Shown here: positions 1-13,393 of the stretch, one piece after another | Layout: every line of letters begins with the position of its first letter | How positions within the stretch are numbered: position 1 is the first letter of the stretch | Assembly (NCBI RefSeq): GCF_000150275.1 | Contig: NW_002060984.1 | Span: 83,185-147,184 of the forward strand | DNA: 64,000 nucleotides | Direction of reading: 5' to 3' | Source of the DNA: Trichoplax adhaerens | Lineage: Eukaryota; Animalia; Placozoa | Position numbers and translations under genes: made by a program | The notes under the pieces: generated by a model | Databases searched by the model: none | Told to the model about the DNA's origin: nothing | What the model saw: only the letters and a program-made list of their open reading frames with translations

Positions 1-428
1 TGAACAGTCTAGCAACCTTGGATGATTGCTTGCCAGTATGCCAACTGCAAACAAGTTGAACGATGGAGGCCAGCAATGGAGAGATTTCCTCGCCAATGCT
101 TGGGGCTCGGGACAAAGAAATGCCGACAGTTGAATCGGTGCTGCAAAAGCCGATGACTTGCGCTCCAGTGAAGATTGAAAGAGTAACACTATGATGATAG
201 TGTAGCCTAGAATGTTACGCCATGTTTGCGTTCCTTATCCATGTTATTGCACGCATGTATTGGACAGTATTCAACACAATGCGTCCGAGAAATCAACTCA
301 ACTGTCGCTGACTTCAATCGACCTATCGCACGCTACTACTCTCGACTCTACTGCCCTAAACAGTCCTCCCGTTGTAGTCTTTTAGTATAGATTTCAATGA
401 CTGGCGTCGACAATCGACTGGCTGCCTT

Positions 429-1590
429 CCATCGTCGTTGGACGGGACAGCCTTTGGACAAGAGGTGCCTTACTGTACGATGTACTGTCAACTACAGTAC
501 ATATCATGTTATAGTACTGTAGAAGGAGGAACAATACTGTGTCTCGTAGGATGGAAGGATAGATGGAACATTAGTAGAACTGTAGAAGTACTGTACAGTA
601 CTGTACTGTACTGTCCATCGTCGTTGGATGGGACAGCCTTTGGACAAGAGATGCCTTACTGTACGATGTACAGTACTGTCAACTACAGTACATATCATGT
701 TATAGTACTGTAGAAGGAGGAACTATACTGTGTCTCGTAGGATGGAAGGATAGATGGAACATTAGTAGAACTGTAGAAGTACTGTACAGTACTGTACTGT
801 ACTGTCCATCGTCGTTGGATGGGACAGCCTTTGGACAAGAGATGCCTTACTGTACGATGTACTGTCAACTACAGTACATATCATGTTATAGTACTGTAGA
901 AGGAGGAACTATACTGTGTCTCGTAGGATGGAAGGATAGATGGAACATGGGACATGATGGTACCATTTAGACCCATTAGTACATGCAGTAGAAGTACAGT
1001 ACTGTACTGTACTGTCCATCGTCGTTGGATGGGACAGCCTTTGGACGAGAGATGCCTTACTGTACGATGTACTATAAACTACAGTATATCATGTTGTAGT
1101 AAAGTACTGTAGATGGAGGAACAATACAGTACAATGTCTCGTAGGATGGAAGGATTGATGGACCATTGGACATGATGGTCCATGCTGTTAACTGCAGTAG
1201 AAGTCCATCGTCGTTGGATGAGACAGCCTTTGGACAAGAGGCGCCTTACTGTACGATGTACTGTAAACTACAGTACATATCATGTTGTAGTACTGTAGAA
1301 GGAGGAACTATACTGTGTCTCGTAGGATGGAAGGATTGATGGACCGTGGGACATGATGGTTCCATTAGTAAGTACAGTATACAGTATGCAGTAGAAGTAC
1401 AGTACAGTACTGTACACTACGACGATGGACAGCCTTTGGACAAGAGATGCCTTACTGTACGACGTACTGTAAACTACAGTATATAATACTGTAACTGACC
1501 TTTCTTTAGTACTGTAGATGGAGGAACAATAACTGTGACTGGTAGGATCGAAGGATTGATGGACAACTGGACATGATGGTCCATACTGCA
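429..1590. repeat. Tandem satellite, ~6 units of ~186-210 bp
   Basis: Motif ccatcgtcgttgga(c/t)g(g/a)gacagcctttggac(a/g)agag restarts at 429, 615, 806, 1016 and 1205, with a rearranged copy at ~1417. Units are rich in gtac/actgt and diverge toward the 3' end. Confidence 0.95.
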
Positions 1591-1825
1591 GAAGTAGTCA
1601 GTATGCCAACAGTAATATCCAACTCCTACAATACAAATGTGGATTTTGGGATCGTACAGTACAGTACTCTCGCCGCTCTAGTACTGTACACTGTACACTC
1701 TGTGTGCTCTGACTGTACTGTACTGTACTGTACTGTATGATGACTGTCATTGCCGGTATTATTCTTCGCCCAATGCCCGGCAGTCGGCAGCCAATGGTGA
1801 GTCTTACCTCTGCAAGATTACCAAT

Positions 1826-4800
1826 ATGACGGAGAAAAGCCCTTCCACTCTAATCAATTTCTTCATCTTTAATACTACATTGGGCCAAGAAGAAGGCACG
1901 GTAAGTTGTCCTTTGATGCTTGGTGATTATACTTGAAACGGTCAACTTCAATCTTCAATGTTGTCCACTACTGTTCTACCATTTCCCAACAGGCTAGTGC
2001 AAGCTGTGCTTGCACAGTTGAAGTGGGATACTAACTGTACAGTATAGTGTAAGCATACTTTTGCATACTACATGATGGCAAAAGAATGCACCAATGCAGT
2101 TGGTCATCGTCTATGGACTACCACTGTATTCTATCCTTTTAATTCAATGATTCAGGATGGATTGAACAACGCGTAGCATCAATGGATACTTTCATAGTGT
2201 CAACAGCACACAAATACTACAGTATAAAAGTCCATCAAAAGTACAGGCATCGGATAAGACTAGTTATTGATCCTGCATAGGTCGAGACAAAAAATTGTCA
2301 CCAATGAGCTACCCTGCTGGGTAATATACAAAGCCAAACAGGGCTCATTCAATCTCTATCCTACAAGAAATTATCAATGAAGGCTATCGTTTATTACCTT
2401 GTTTCCTTTGCAGCCATCAATGATGATGTACAGTAGTACAAAGCGTCAAAGAGTGTCATTATACTGTACAACATGCATCGACAGTGTCGCTAATTGCATC
2501 GATCGCCATTTCCCAGTAGTAGTAGTGCAGCATCATTTATATGAATGCTCAGATCAATGGGATCCAATGGGTAATGGACACGTATGTCCAATCTCTGAAT
2601 AGAGCTTATGGAATACCTACTAATGATGATATTTCAATTTCTGTTCAAATAGGAACACGAAAAGATTCTATTTTATTACCCAGATGCTGACAATATAGAT
2701 AAGCAATCACGCAGTGTCGGGCTTTCGGAAGCGATCGTTCATTTTTGCGGGTAATGGAAGCGTGCATAAATGCTTATAATAATTGCTAATGCTTATTGAA
2801 CAACAGGTAGACACTACCAGTAGATGATAAAAGAGATGTTTAATCTACCTACTACTGTAACCAGTTATGTACCTACAGTCTACAGCATGATTGATTGGAT
2901 AACAGCAAGTCTCATTCATACTATCTTTGCAATCATATTGATCTAAAATGATATTATATATTGATAGTCTGCTATTTTCAAATGATCCTCTACACGTATT
3001 TACTCAATGTAGCTAATAATCACCTAGTATTACAATGGTATAACTAACTACTCAGTTCCGCGTCTTCTGATTCAAGAACTTTTGCTCCTGATCGACCGTG
3101 CGAAGTTGTCCAAACGTTAAAATCCCGACAAGTCTTTTATCAGCCTGAGGAAAATTTTTGGATGATAATGGCACGTGATTTGATATTTCAATGCAATCCG
3201 TAATGGATTGTACTTAAAGTGATGTTGTCTGCGTATTATAAATGATCAATTCCAATATATTACATGCCTACCATTGGCATCCGTACTAGAATTAATCGGA
3301 AAAAAATATTTGGCCTTTATAGACTGTATCCATCCCAGCTAGCGAAGTAACAAATAAAGATGGCAATAACATTGTCTATCATCAGGATGAAGTACAGGTA
3401 AATTAAAAATAATGACTGATAAGGCTAAAACATTTGATTGGCGTTAAGAGATATTGATAATTATTTCAAGTGCTACGAATATCTTCGCTACTTATTTGAA
3501 TTTATTCTCCATAGGATCAGGCATTACAATCAATTTTGATGTTATCCTATAAAATATTTAGGGTGAGTGTAGCTAAAATGGTTTAAAGAATCGTCTCTCA
3601 GTTTTCATGGCTTTATTACTTCGGTAGCGGTAGCGATAGCCTTTACATCTTGTTAATAAAGCGAATTTTATCTGTAAACAGCTCTTTAATGGTCCCTTTT
3701 CCATGACATTTAATGAAAGTGTTGATTCTTGCCGTGAACTTTTAAAACACTTTTTTACACGTGTAAGTATGATACTAAATGGATAATTTGTAAATGGCAA
3801 TCTCTCTTTGATCCTTTCGAAATCAATGCTACTAAATCGCTAATGCCATTCCAAGTACTTTATTTGTAAATTGCAGTAGATGCTAAAGTCAATTTCAAAA
3901 AATGACACTTTATTTCACCTGATCAATCAAGCGATACTAGAAATTAAATACAATTAAATCGGTTGCAAATCTACCGCGATTAGGATCTATATATAGAATG
4001 CTTCTATCTAAATACCATCCGTCATGAATGACTGACATGCTTGGACAATTTTCTTAGTCAAGAAATTAACACCCTATCGTAACAATTTCAATATTTAACG
4101 GTTGTTACCTCTTTACAGTTTATCAAGTCAATAAAACTAGCACAGCAAGATTTGCAAGACGTTTTACAAGGTATTGTACTAAATTTCTACCTCAGCTTTT
4201 CACAGAGCTACGTATTCCACGCGCGATATTCAATTTAATGTCTAACCAATTTTCTTTCACATAATTGAAATAGGGATTCGGTTTTTACCATTGGGTAAAC
4301 AGCAATTTTTAAAAGTTCAGCAATTCATTAATTTAATTGAAGCTAACTTTAGGTAAGCAAAACTGGAAATAAGTGTTATTGAATGGTTTATTACACGCTA
4401 TTGAGCTATATCGATTAGCCAGTTACCTGTTAAGGTGATCGTCTCACAACGACAATATGGTACAAACATACTAATAATAACAATGTGCTGATAATGATAA
4501 ATCCTGATTTTTCCTTACAGTAATATTACTTATGCACAACTTCTGTTTGACGATCAGTTAATTTGGTAAGTTTGATAGACGTAGCATCACCAGTCTATTT
4601 CAGCTCAACTTAGAAAATAACTTTATAAAGTATCCTAAATTGATGCATTACACCATTTGGATATTACCTTTTTAAAGGAGTAGTCTCGATCTCGATCATA
4701 CACAAATTCTTTATGGCTATTTAACTACCAATTTATTACCTAATCATCAAGAAGCGGAGGTAGCATCATCATTAGATCCTAACATGAATCGTTATTGTCT

Positions 4801-6049
4801 ATTTGAACCCTTATGCACTGTTACAAACTATTTGTAGAATATTAAAGATCAGAATAGTAAGGACTCGAAATCTGTAATATATAATCTCGACGTGCAGGGA
4901 AAGTAAGCTCTATGCAATTACTACTATTCGTGCGATTATTGTACCTGAGTATGCTGTTAAAATACTTCCTGGCTGGCATTAGATTTATAACAGGGCCAAC
5001 AGAACTCGGACATGCAGCTTCAATAGGAAAAATTCCTAGAATATTTATTAATAAAAATGGTAAATGGGAAATTTTCGCTGTGATCGTTTATAAGGTATTG
5101 GTTGATGTCTACATTGATTATTATTATTACAATCTGTAAACTCTCGTCATATTTCCTTTTACCTTATGACAGGTGCTAGATACTGTGCTTTGCATGTTGG
5201 TCAAGTGTAAGTTATAAGGCAAATCTGAATACATAATTGAAATAATACCAATTGTTTTTGAAATATTCTTTATCTTTTACTGCGTTTAAAAAGTGTTCTT
5301 AATGAATTGTTCTGATTATAGATGATACAATTTTTCCAACGAGCACAAGCACTATCGATTTCTTCCGTAAATTGGATAAGTTTATTGGACCTCAAATCAA
5401 ACAGTTGACTTTCGACATTGCTGAGCAAAATATTATCAATCGTCGATTGTCTTTGTAAATAAATTAATTTTAATATTTAATGATTGTCAAGTGGTTATCC
5501 TGACGTCGCTGTAATCATACCGTCAATTTACAATTTGATATAGAACTGAGATGCAATATAGATTTATCTACTTCAACCATATGAACTGCGCATTCAAATC
5601 AAGTATATACCCCAAGATAAATCAACCTGCTATTATAGGACCCGACTTAATGCGCTTATTCTGCGATATTCATGCAGAATTTGACAAGTATGGTTTAAAT
5701 TTGATCCTATCCGTAGGTTGATATCTGTATTGCTAATCAATCAATTAATGTACTTGCCCGACTGTCAACTTAATTTATAGGTCGAAAAGTAATGAAGAAT
5801 TTTTGGCAAAGACTGCGACAGATTGTTGGGTTGTGGGCAAAATTGCGGATCAGAGAGAGCTATTTGTCGCTCAAAACCTGAAGAACGGGAGTCTTTTAGA
5901 CATTAATGGTAATATTTTTGAATTATTTTGCTAAACGTAGATTTTGGAATGATCCACTAACAACGTGTATCTTTGTTCTTTATATATTAGATGAAATGAA
6001 AAAGCTTGTTGGTTCCTTGTTTGGCAATATTTTCTATTTTAATAGCTAA
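1826..6049 (+). CDS. CCZ1: Vacuolar fusion protein CCZ1 (Mon1-Ccz1 Rab7 GEF subunit), multi-exon
   Basis: Spliced exons read MTEKSPSTLINFFIFNTTLGQEEGT (1826-1900), EHEKILFYYP...VGLSEAIVHFC (2653-2750), TFAPDRPCEVVQTLKSRQVFYQPEENFWMIM (3077-3170), ..., DCWVVGKIADQRELFV (~5815-5870), and EMKKLVGSLFGNIFYFNS* (5991-6049). These match remembered metazoan CCZ1 motifs (FFIYN..G.EG.E..KILFY, EPEENFWM, WVVGK.SD.RE). Confidence 0.9.
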
Positions 6050-8252
6050 GTTACACGTAAATGAAAACATTACCTTATGAGAAATGACGAATATTTCATT
6101 GCTGTTATAAAAATTTAGTGGTAACCGACGTGCCATTTAATACAGATTTTGAAATCGTGTAGCATCTCAACATTTGGTTATAACGAAGGGAAGAAAATAA
6201 TATCTGTATTCTGTAATATCTGAAGTTTATATTATACAATTGTATTATAAATTGGATGTAAAGTGTTTGATACTGTAGTCATAAACTGTTTTGTTAATTA
6301 GTCCATCTAGTTTATCTGTGCATTAAAATGATTCCAGCTATTGAAATTGTATCTGGTTTCAGTTGCGCGCTATTATAATATAATGAAATGTGTGTACTGT
6401 GATAGCAACAAACGCTAATAGCTATTTCGGTAAAAGTTGTTGTATAGCTCGTTGATACGGAATACGATCGCTATATTTCGCTCACAAATTTGCATAAAAT
6501 AACAATGCGAATACTATTTGTAAGCCTTCAGGTCATAAACTATATCATTATAAATTATGTCATTTGCCAAATCTTTTATGGATTTAAAGTTTTACGAAAT
6601 CAAAAGATGCTAGTAAACTGTAATTCGTTGATATCTAATATCTCACTGTAAGTAAGAGGAAGTTCTGTATACCTTTAGATTAAGTCATTAATTCGTATTA
6701 ACTCGTTGAACATTTGTTTTATCGCAATTTTGTACACGACCTAATTTTAAGTTTTAGCTATGCAATTACATACCGAAATGGTAACATGTGTTAAAGCAAT
6801 TTATATTATATGAAAAAATACCATATATTAATTATCGCTTCTAGATGTTATATTTATCGGTATATTTGCTGGATATTAAAGACTGTCATGAACAGTCAAA
6901 TGAATAAATTGTTGTCGTCGTTGCGGAATAATCTTAGAGAAATGATACTGAAATACTAAAAATCTAAAGCTTAGCAGGGAGGAAAATAGCAACTGCTTAA
7001 ATAGTAAGATATAAAATGATAACAATCAACTAATTATAATAACAAGCCCGGTGATAATTAACTTCATTTTGTTTTAATCGAATGCTAGCTTTTGTAATTG
7101 ATTGAAATGCAAAGGTGACTTTATGATAAGTAAAAACCAGTATTGTAATAAATTTTCCATCAGGCACTTACTTGAGAGGATTATATAATTGGTGGTATGG
7201 ATAAAAGTTCTGTATGATACTAGAGTACCTCAGTACTATGATGAGAAATCAGCTTCATAATTAGGCAGTATTCTACGCAAGTTACTATTCTTAACAATAT
7301 GCGTTTTATTACAGCAGACTACGACATCTAAACAAGTATCCTATGCTTAAAGGAGACATGTGGTGCTACTTATCTTTAAAACGGAACAATATTTCGAATT
7401 GATGCATGCCCTGATTATTTTGATAAAGAGCTATCGTTTAATGCGGGCAATAAGACACATGTATAGAACAATAATTTCTTTAAGGCTATGATATTTATTA
7501 ATTATGGACAAGGATACCATACCTCATGAAATATCAACTTTGTGGATACTTTTGATCGGGGAAGGGACTCAAATTAGGTTAGTACAGAAAGTCAACGTTT
7601 TTTTATAGTCAATAACAGTTTTATAAAATAGTAACATTTCCGAAGCTTACTGCTAAATTACATTATTCTGTATGTGAGTTCAAGTTGGATTTGTATGGAA
7701 AACAAATGTTTTTAAGTCCATTAATATAAAATAGTAATCTCTAAGAGGTTTAACATTCTACTTTACGTTACATAATTCTGCTTACGAGTAAAATATTTAT
7801 TAGATCGCAATATACTCGCATTAGGGAACGTATACGCATCCTTGCAAACGATTTAAGGAAGAAAATAAAGATACAAACGGTTAATAAATGATCATTCGTA
7901 TTTGTGTCACGTACGTAGATGATTTTATTGGAATACCTTTCGGTTTAAATTTCGAATACAGCAAGATTGCATTGCATTAAGAGTTGATATTTTACAATAT
8001 TGAAACTGAATGGAGCTTTTGTACATAGCAAACTCTGGTATAAAATGATGAAATAACCAGACTAACCAGCCATACCATGCCTGCCTAAACCTCAACGCAA
8101 CGTAAGCAACATTGCGTATCATCTAAATTGTGCAATAAGTATACAAATGCACACCTATTGTAGCGAATCGTTAAGAACATTTGCATTATTATCAAATCTA
8201 AAAAGATACCGAAGCGAGGAATCTCTGAGCCTTCGTTAGAATGTAGCATGAA

Positions 8253-8633
8253 CTAACTAACTACAACTTTCGGGTTTTCGGTAAATAATACATTAGTAGA
8301 GCGAGACAGAAATCGCTTGGTTGTTGCACAGTCTTTACATTTCAAGATAACATGTTTTTCACGCTTCGAACTATGGCGTATTGTCGATGTGATGCCTGGA
8401 ATCAGTAGTAAATCGCATTTCTTACACAACGTTCTCTTGATATTTGGATCTAATCTCAGTACTAATTTCTTCGCTATCTTTCTGAGTGATCTAACATAAA
8501 TCCTGCATAATTGATTGGCTTCCTCTTGAGATTTTCCGCAAGTCAATGCCGTATGAGCGGCTTGGTACATAAAATTGATCCGATGTGAAATCTCTTTATT
8601 AGGTATGTTAAGTTGTTTCGTCGTTGCAGCCAT
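8253..8633 (-). CDS. RPP21: Ribonuclease P protein subunit p21 (Rpr2/Rpp21 family), single-exon CDS
   Basis: 126-aa ORF with RINFMYQAA, LRLDPNIKRTLCKKC..LIPG and a second CxxC (CKDC..TKRF), the zinc-ribbon pattern of the Rpr2 family. Confidence 0.9.
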   Translation of the reverse strand: MAATTKQLNIPNKEISHRINFMYQAAHTALTCGKSQEEANQLCRIYVRSLRKIAKKLVLRLDPNIKRTLCKKCDLLLIPGITSTIRHSSKREKHVILKCKDCATTKRFLSRSTNVLFTENPKVVVS

Positions 8634-9684
8634 AGGGCAATCAATCAGTCGATTATCTTAACACTGCATACTGGAATGAATAACAAAGCTACGCAACTAA
8701 GATTTGAGCCTATCCGAAAGCACTCTATCTATCCAAATGCTATTAGGATTTTTGATCTGCTTCCAAGATGTCGATCTTGCAGCTTTCGACTTCGTTATTG
8801 CAGTTGGCGTTGCAAAGTTTTAATATGGTGGTGATCACGCGAATGAATTAGTAATTTGGCCGTACGCTGCAGTAATGGACCTACAGTTCAGTCATATCTA
8901 TATTCAGTATCACGTGTTTTGGGCACAAAATATCTTGCTCGGTATAATACGCCGACGTAGTTAGCGTCCCGCTTGAACCCTTTATTAAAGCTGCTATACA
9001 GAATTTAGTTATGCTAGCTATGCAATACTGAAAACGGAAAGATATAGTCAGATTAATTACTGACAGTAAGATTATATTGCAATGATGCTATACTGTAGCA
9101 ACACAGTAAGCCACTATATGATTGCGTAAGGTGGTTTATTTAGGGATAAGTTAAAACACTTAAAGAATACTGTTCAAGTTTCACGATTTTATTGGACTCG
9201 AATCAACGTAAGAGCATTCGCTATTTTTTATTATCCATAAAGGCAAATTCGCAAGTGTCCTAGGGAAATTCTAAATTTATATTAACAAGTCCATACAACT
9301 ATATTGCAATAGATTATTATTTTTTATTCAGCAATCCCATTTTAGCATATTATTAGTTGAATTATAAAATAGGAAAGTAGACTTTAATGTTGCCTTGAAG
9401 CCAAGATCATTCATAAAAGTTAACGCTTTAGTTAGAAATAACTGTTCAAAATAATATTTTCTCTAATATGCTTTTCTTTGGAGCGACTTATGTTTATACG
9501 CCAGATTGGAAGATAAAAAAGCAATAATATTTACAAAAAATTGTCAAATTCTCGCAACTGCTGTAAATCAGTGAAAAAAAGTATTACTTATATATGTATA
9601 TATATATACAAGTGGAAAATAACATTTACAAATTCTGCCCTTGGCTAGACAGGCCTTTCCAAATATAGTTACACGTAATAGTTG

Positions 9685-12671
9685 TTAATTTTTATCATCT
9701 TTCTCTTGTTTAGGCTTCTCATCTCTATGTATTAATTTACTGACAAACATTGTACCAATAATTAAGGGTAAATAGTATAAGCTAAACCTAAACAGTTTCC
9801 TTGCTGATTGATTATTCGCATCCTTATGAAATCGCCACGCTAACCACGTAAACCACGCGTTAGTCGGCAATGAATACAGGGCAAACCACCAGGGTGTCAA
9901 CTGACATATCGGTAAAAGACACGATAATAACGTTAGAGCCAAAGTGTGCCTTAATGATACTCTTCTACATAATTCTGGATGTGTTACGGCCATCATTCGA
10001 TAACCTAAGGCACAAGCATTACATGGTGTAAATATTTCGTATGGAAGTCTTACAAGTATTATTTACATACTGCGTATAGAATCAACCTGCTCGCGAGTAA
10101 TCCGCTTTTAAATTCCAGCTTAAAGCATTAAAATGTGGAAACTGCCATGAGTAAAGTATACCAGCTAAAGCTAGACCTCCAATATCGATTCCACCTGTTT
10201 TTGCAGCCCATCCCATCAATGGTGGTAATGCTCCGACAATCGCTCCAAGCCATGTATTACCAATTCCTAAGCGCTTTGATGGTGTATAAATGCAAGTGTA
10301 TAGAAATATATTTAAAGCGGCCAAATACGCAGTTAAAGGATTTACAGCATAGTAGAGTAAAGATACGCTAGAAATTCCACTTAGGGTAGCAAAGGTCATT
10401 GCATGTACGGGTCTATCAATCAAAATAGAAGGCGAGGCAAAGTTGCTAATTTAGTCTTGAGAATATAACCACCTTTCTTACATACATCATCATCTTTACA
10501 AGATCTAACGGTTTAATAAAATTAAAATTGAATTACGTGATAAGTCCTTTGACTAATACTCGATTTCGTGTTCTAGCCATTTGGCTATCATAAGGTACCT
10601 CAAGCCACTGTCAAATATGAAATGAATTATAATGGACATTTTAAAATTGATCAATTTATGATGGATAACCTTTTTTAAATTTCAACATGCTCTGACCTGA
10701 TTTATAGCATTTGCTGAGCAACCACTCAATCCAACGCCTAAACTAGTACATAGCAACGAGGATAGGACAGTATCACCAGGGGCCAATAGATATCCACCAA
10801 TAGAGGTTAACAGTACAAGGCCTACGTAAATTATGATGTTGATATAAATTAGATGATAAGAAAGTCCTACTTTATAACGTTAATGTAAAGATATTGATTA
10901 AGTATATCATGATCAGCTATTCTAATCCACTTGAACAATCGTCAACAAATAGGATACGCCTTGTCTACAGAGTATCAATAGCATTATTACTTGCGTCGTG
11001 ATTTGGGTTTTGTCTACTTATAATTCTTAATTATGATTGTAAATACCCGTAAGGTGGTAAACAGAAACAATTTAGTGTCGATTCTACGGTACAGTAGTAG
11101 CATTTCTGATGGAATATAATATACAAAATAAGAGTGTAGTATGGCTGCATCAATATCTGACGGTTGTCCTTTTGTAATCAATTATTTTTAATACGTACGA
11201 GTTCATGTTATTGAAGAGTAGATAATTTTGCTTTAAGATTTGCCCATCTATTGTTGCTGTGCTATCTTTAGTTGATTTGACTTGACTAAATAAACATGGT
11301 GTCTTTAGGTTTACAATATACTATAATTATTAATGATATCGATTAACTTTTAGAACGTATCCTTAATTCCACTGTTAATAATTCCTTCCTGCTATTGATA
11401 TATATTATTCAGTACTCCGTAATTTTTACTACTTGGATGATAGCGTATTAGCATTTTACTGTATTCCTTTCGATGTAAATATATAGTAATATTTTTTTCC
11501 AACCCCGTCTATAGCTATGTAGCCTTTAGACTATTGCCAACGATGTACTGTACGTGTACAGTATAGTATATTGGATGCACGTATGACGTGTATGAAGTAA
11601 TCAAGATTGTATCGCCTTCTTAGATAAACGTTGCAATCATAATATTCAATCTACAGGACAAGCATACCAAATCACTTTACCTGTTAATCTAATTTTGGAT
11701 ATTTGCAAGTAAACAGGCAATAATTTATTGATGCTAGTTGTATGGCTAGCCGTCGAATTGGAATTGATTGGTAAGCCATTGTTTCCATTAGCTGGATGTA
11801 CGACGTTAGAATTATTCGTGTCTGGACTAGTGCTACTAATACGTAACAATTGCACGTTGACCTGATAATTTCAATAATCTGACATTAGTATTAGGTTAAC
11901 GAAAAGAACAACAAGTATTGTTAAACCATCCATTTGGTCAGGTAGCAACGCTGTATCGAAAGATGTGACTGTCAACACAGTCTAAGCTTAATTCACCAAG
12001 AGCTCAACAGACATACGTAGCGTATTCAGTTCACAGAAAGTACAACAAGGATTGTTAATCCATCCATTAGGTAAAGTAGCAACGCTGTATGGAACGATCT
12101 GACTTTCAATAGTTCAAAGCTAATTCACAAATAGCTCTACCGTATAAGAATGACTTCAAGTGAGCACTATACGACTAGAATACAGTACTAAGACAGCTAT
12201 AGAGACAACAGAGAAATTGGATATCATGTTGTAGTTTCCTGTTATGGTCAATCGATCATCGTTGACAGAATTGCAAGCACGTGAAAGAATATCGATGATG
12301 CATTATCAGAGAGATAGTACTATCATGATACGGGTATAGAAAGCAGTAAGGACTGAAAATAGCTGTAGTCGATATCATGTTTATCGCTTAGGCAGGCACC
12401 TTGCATTGATTGGCGGCCGGGATCAGTCGACCATGACTATTGGAAAGTGGAGAGCCATATCCAGTCGTACGATAGAACTTGATGATCGCACTCGGTGAGC
12501 CGTTGGCTACTTTACCTAAAAGCCCCATCAACACAAGTTAATACTGATTAAGAATGGAAAGCCAATAAGGTATCGTGAATAATCACAGATTCCCAGCACA
12601 GATTCTTGGATTCTTCATGAAAACTACCTCAAATTGGAAGTAAACTTACTTAGAAGTCGCACAGATGCCAT
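9685..12671 (-). CDS. COX10: Protoheme IX farnesyltransferase (heme O synthase), 7 exons
   Basis: Exons join in frame: MASVRLL / ...ANQCK / VNVQ...LQISKIRLT / [16 protein letters not shown]...SANAINQ / [23 protein letters not shown] / ...[25 protein letters not shown]...[21 protein letters not shown] / YRMMAV...ARKLFRFSL. These are UbiA-family COX10 motifs. The start exon is less certain than the core. Confidence 0.93.
11905..12140. repeat. Diverged ~135-bp tandem duplication inside a COX10 intron
   Basis: acaacaag.attgttaa.ccatccatt.ggt...gtagcaacgctgtat.gaa.gat.tgact.tcaa...aagct.aattcac.aa.agctc occurs at ~11908 and again at ~12042. Confidence 0.75.
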
Positions 12672-13393
12672 TCAAGACCACATTTTCAGCTATGCATGTG
12701 CAAAATTCGATGCTAGGACTACCCGTACTAGCTTCAACATATCGACCGCCGATCCATCGCGAAGTCTATATACAGTATCAGAACGACCGAGTCTGGTCTA
12801 GTCTAGCGACTGCGCATGAGCAGTCTAAAGTATGGTTGATCGCTGCTTCTGTATTGCTGTCCTATCTTTGACTGCTACTGGTTTCCTTTAGTGGATTAAC
12901 ATTGATCCTTGACATGATATTGACTGATATTATACTCAGTACACAGTTCTATTTCAACAGCAATTTTAAAAACCATCGAGAAATCACACGATCAATTCCC
13001 TTTCATCATATGTCGTTAGCGTTGTATTTTTATGCCATCAGTATAGCCATGGCCTACGGCAAGCAGCTAGAGTTTTGTGTTCCATGCAACAGTACTGTAC
13101 TTAGTGTATTACAACTGCTGTGCTGTGCTGTACCTAGTGAGTATTAGACTCTCCGTAGTACAGTGCACAGTACCAGAATCTACAGTACATTTTCTCGTTC
13201 GTACTGTAGTGCCTGCTCTACCGTAGCAAGCAAATACGTCTACGGTAACCTATCCCATACACTACTGCATAGTATGGTCAAAACAAGTAATGTAAAAGAT
13301 CGACATTGTTACGCTAGCGCAGGCTTGCCAAGTTGCCCTAGAAACCCTGCTTGACCATTAATCGTCTTCCGTGCTTTCACTCTCTGATTCAAA

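Noticed and set aside
1-210. GC-richer stretch with two open frames on the minus strand running off the window
   Set aside because: It may be an exon of a neighbouring gene, but it has no in-frame start and no recognisable motif, so I cannot support a call.
438-713. ORFs 438..713 (+) and 504..698 (-)
   Set aside because: Chance translations of the satellite.
429-1590. CRISPR array or ribozyme-bearing satellite
   Set aside because: The whole unit repeats with no unique spacers, the context is eukaryotic with no cas genes, and I saw no hammerhead core (CTGATGA...GAAA).
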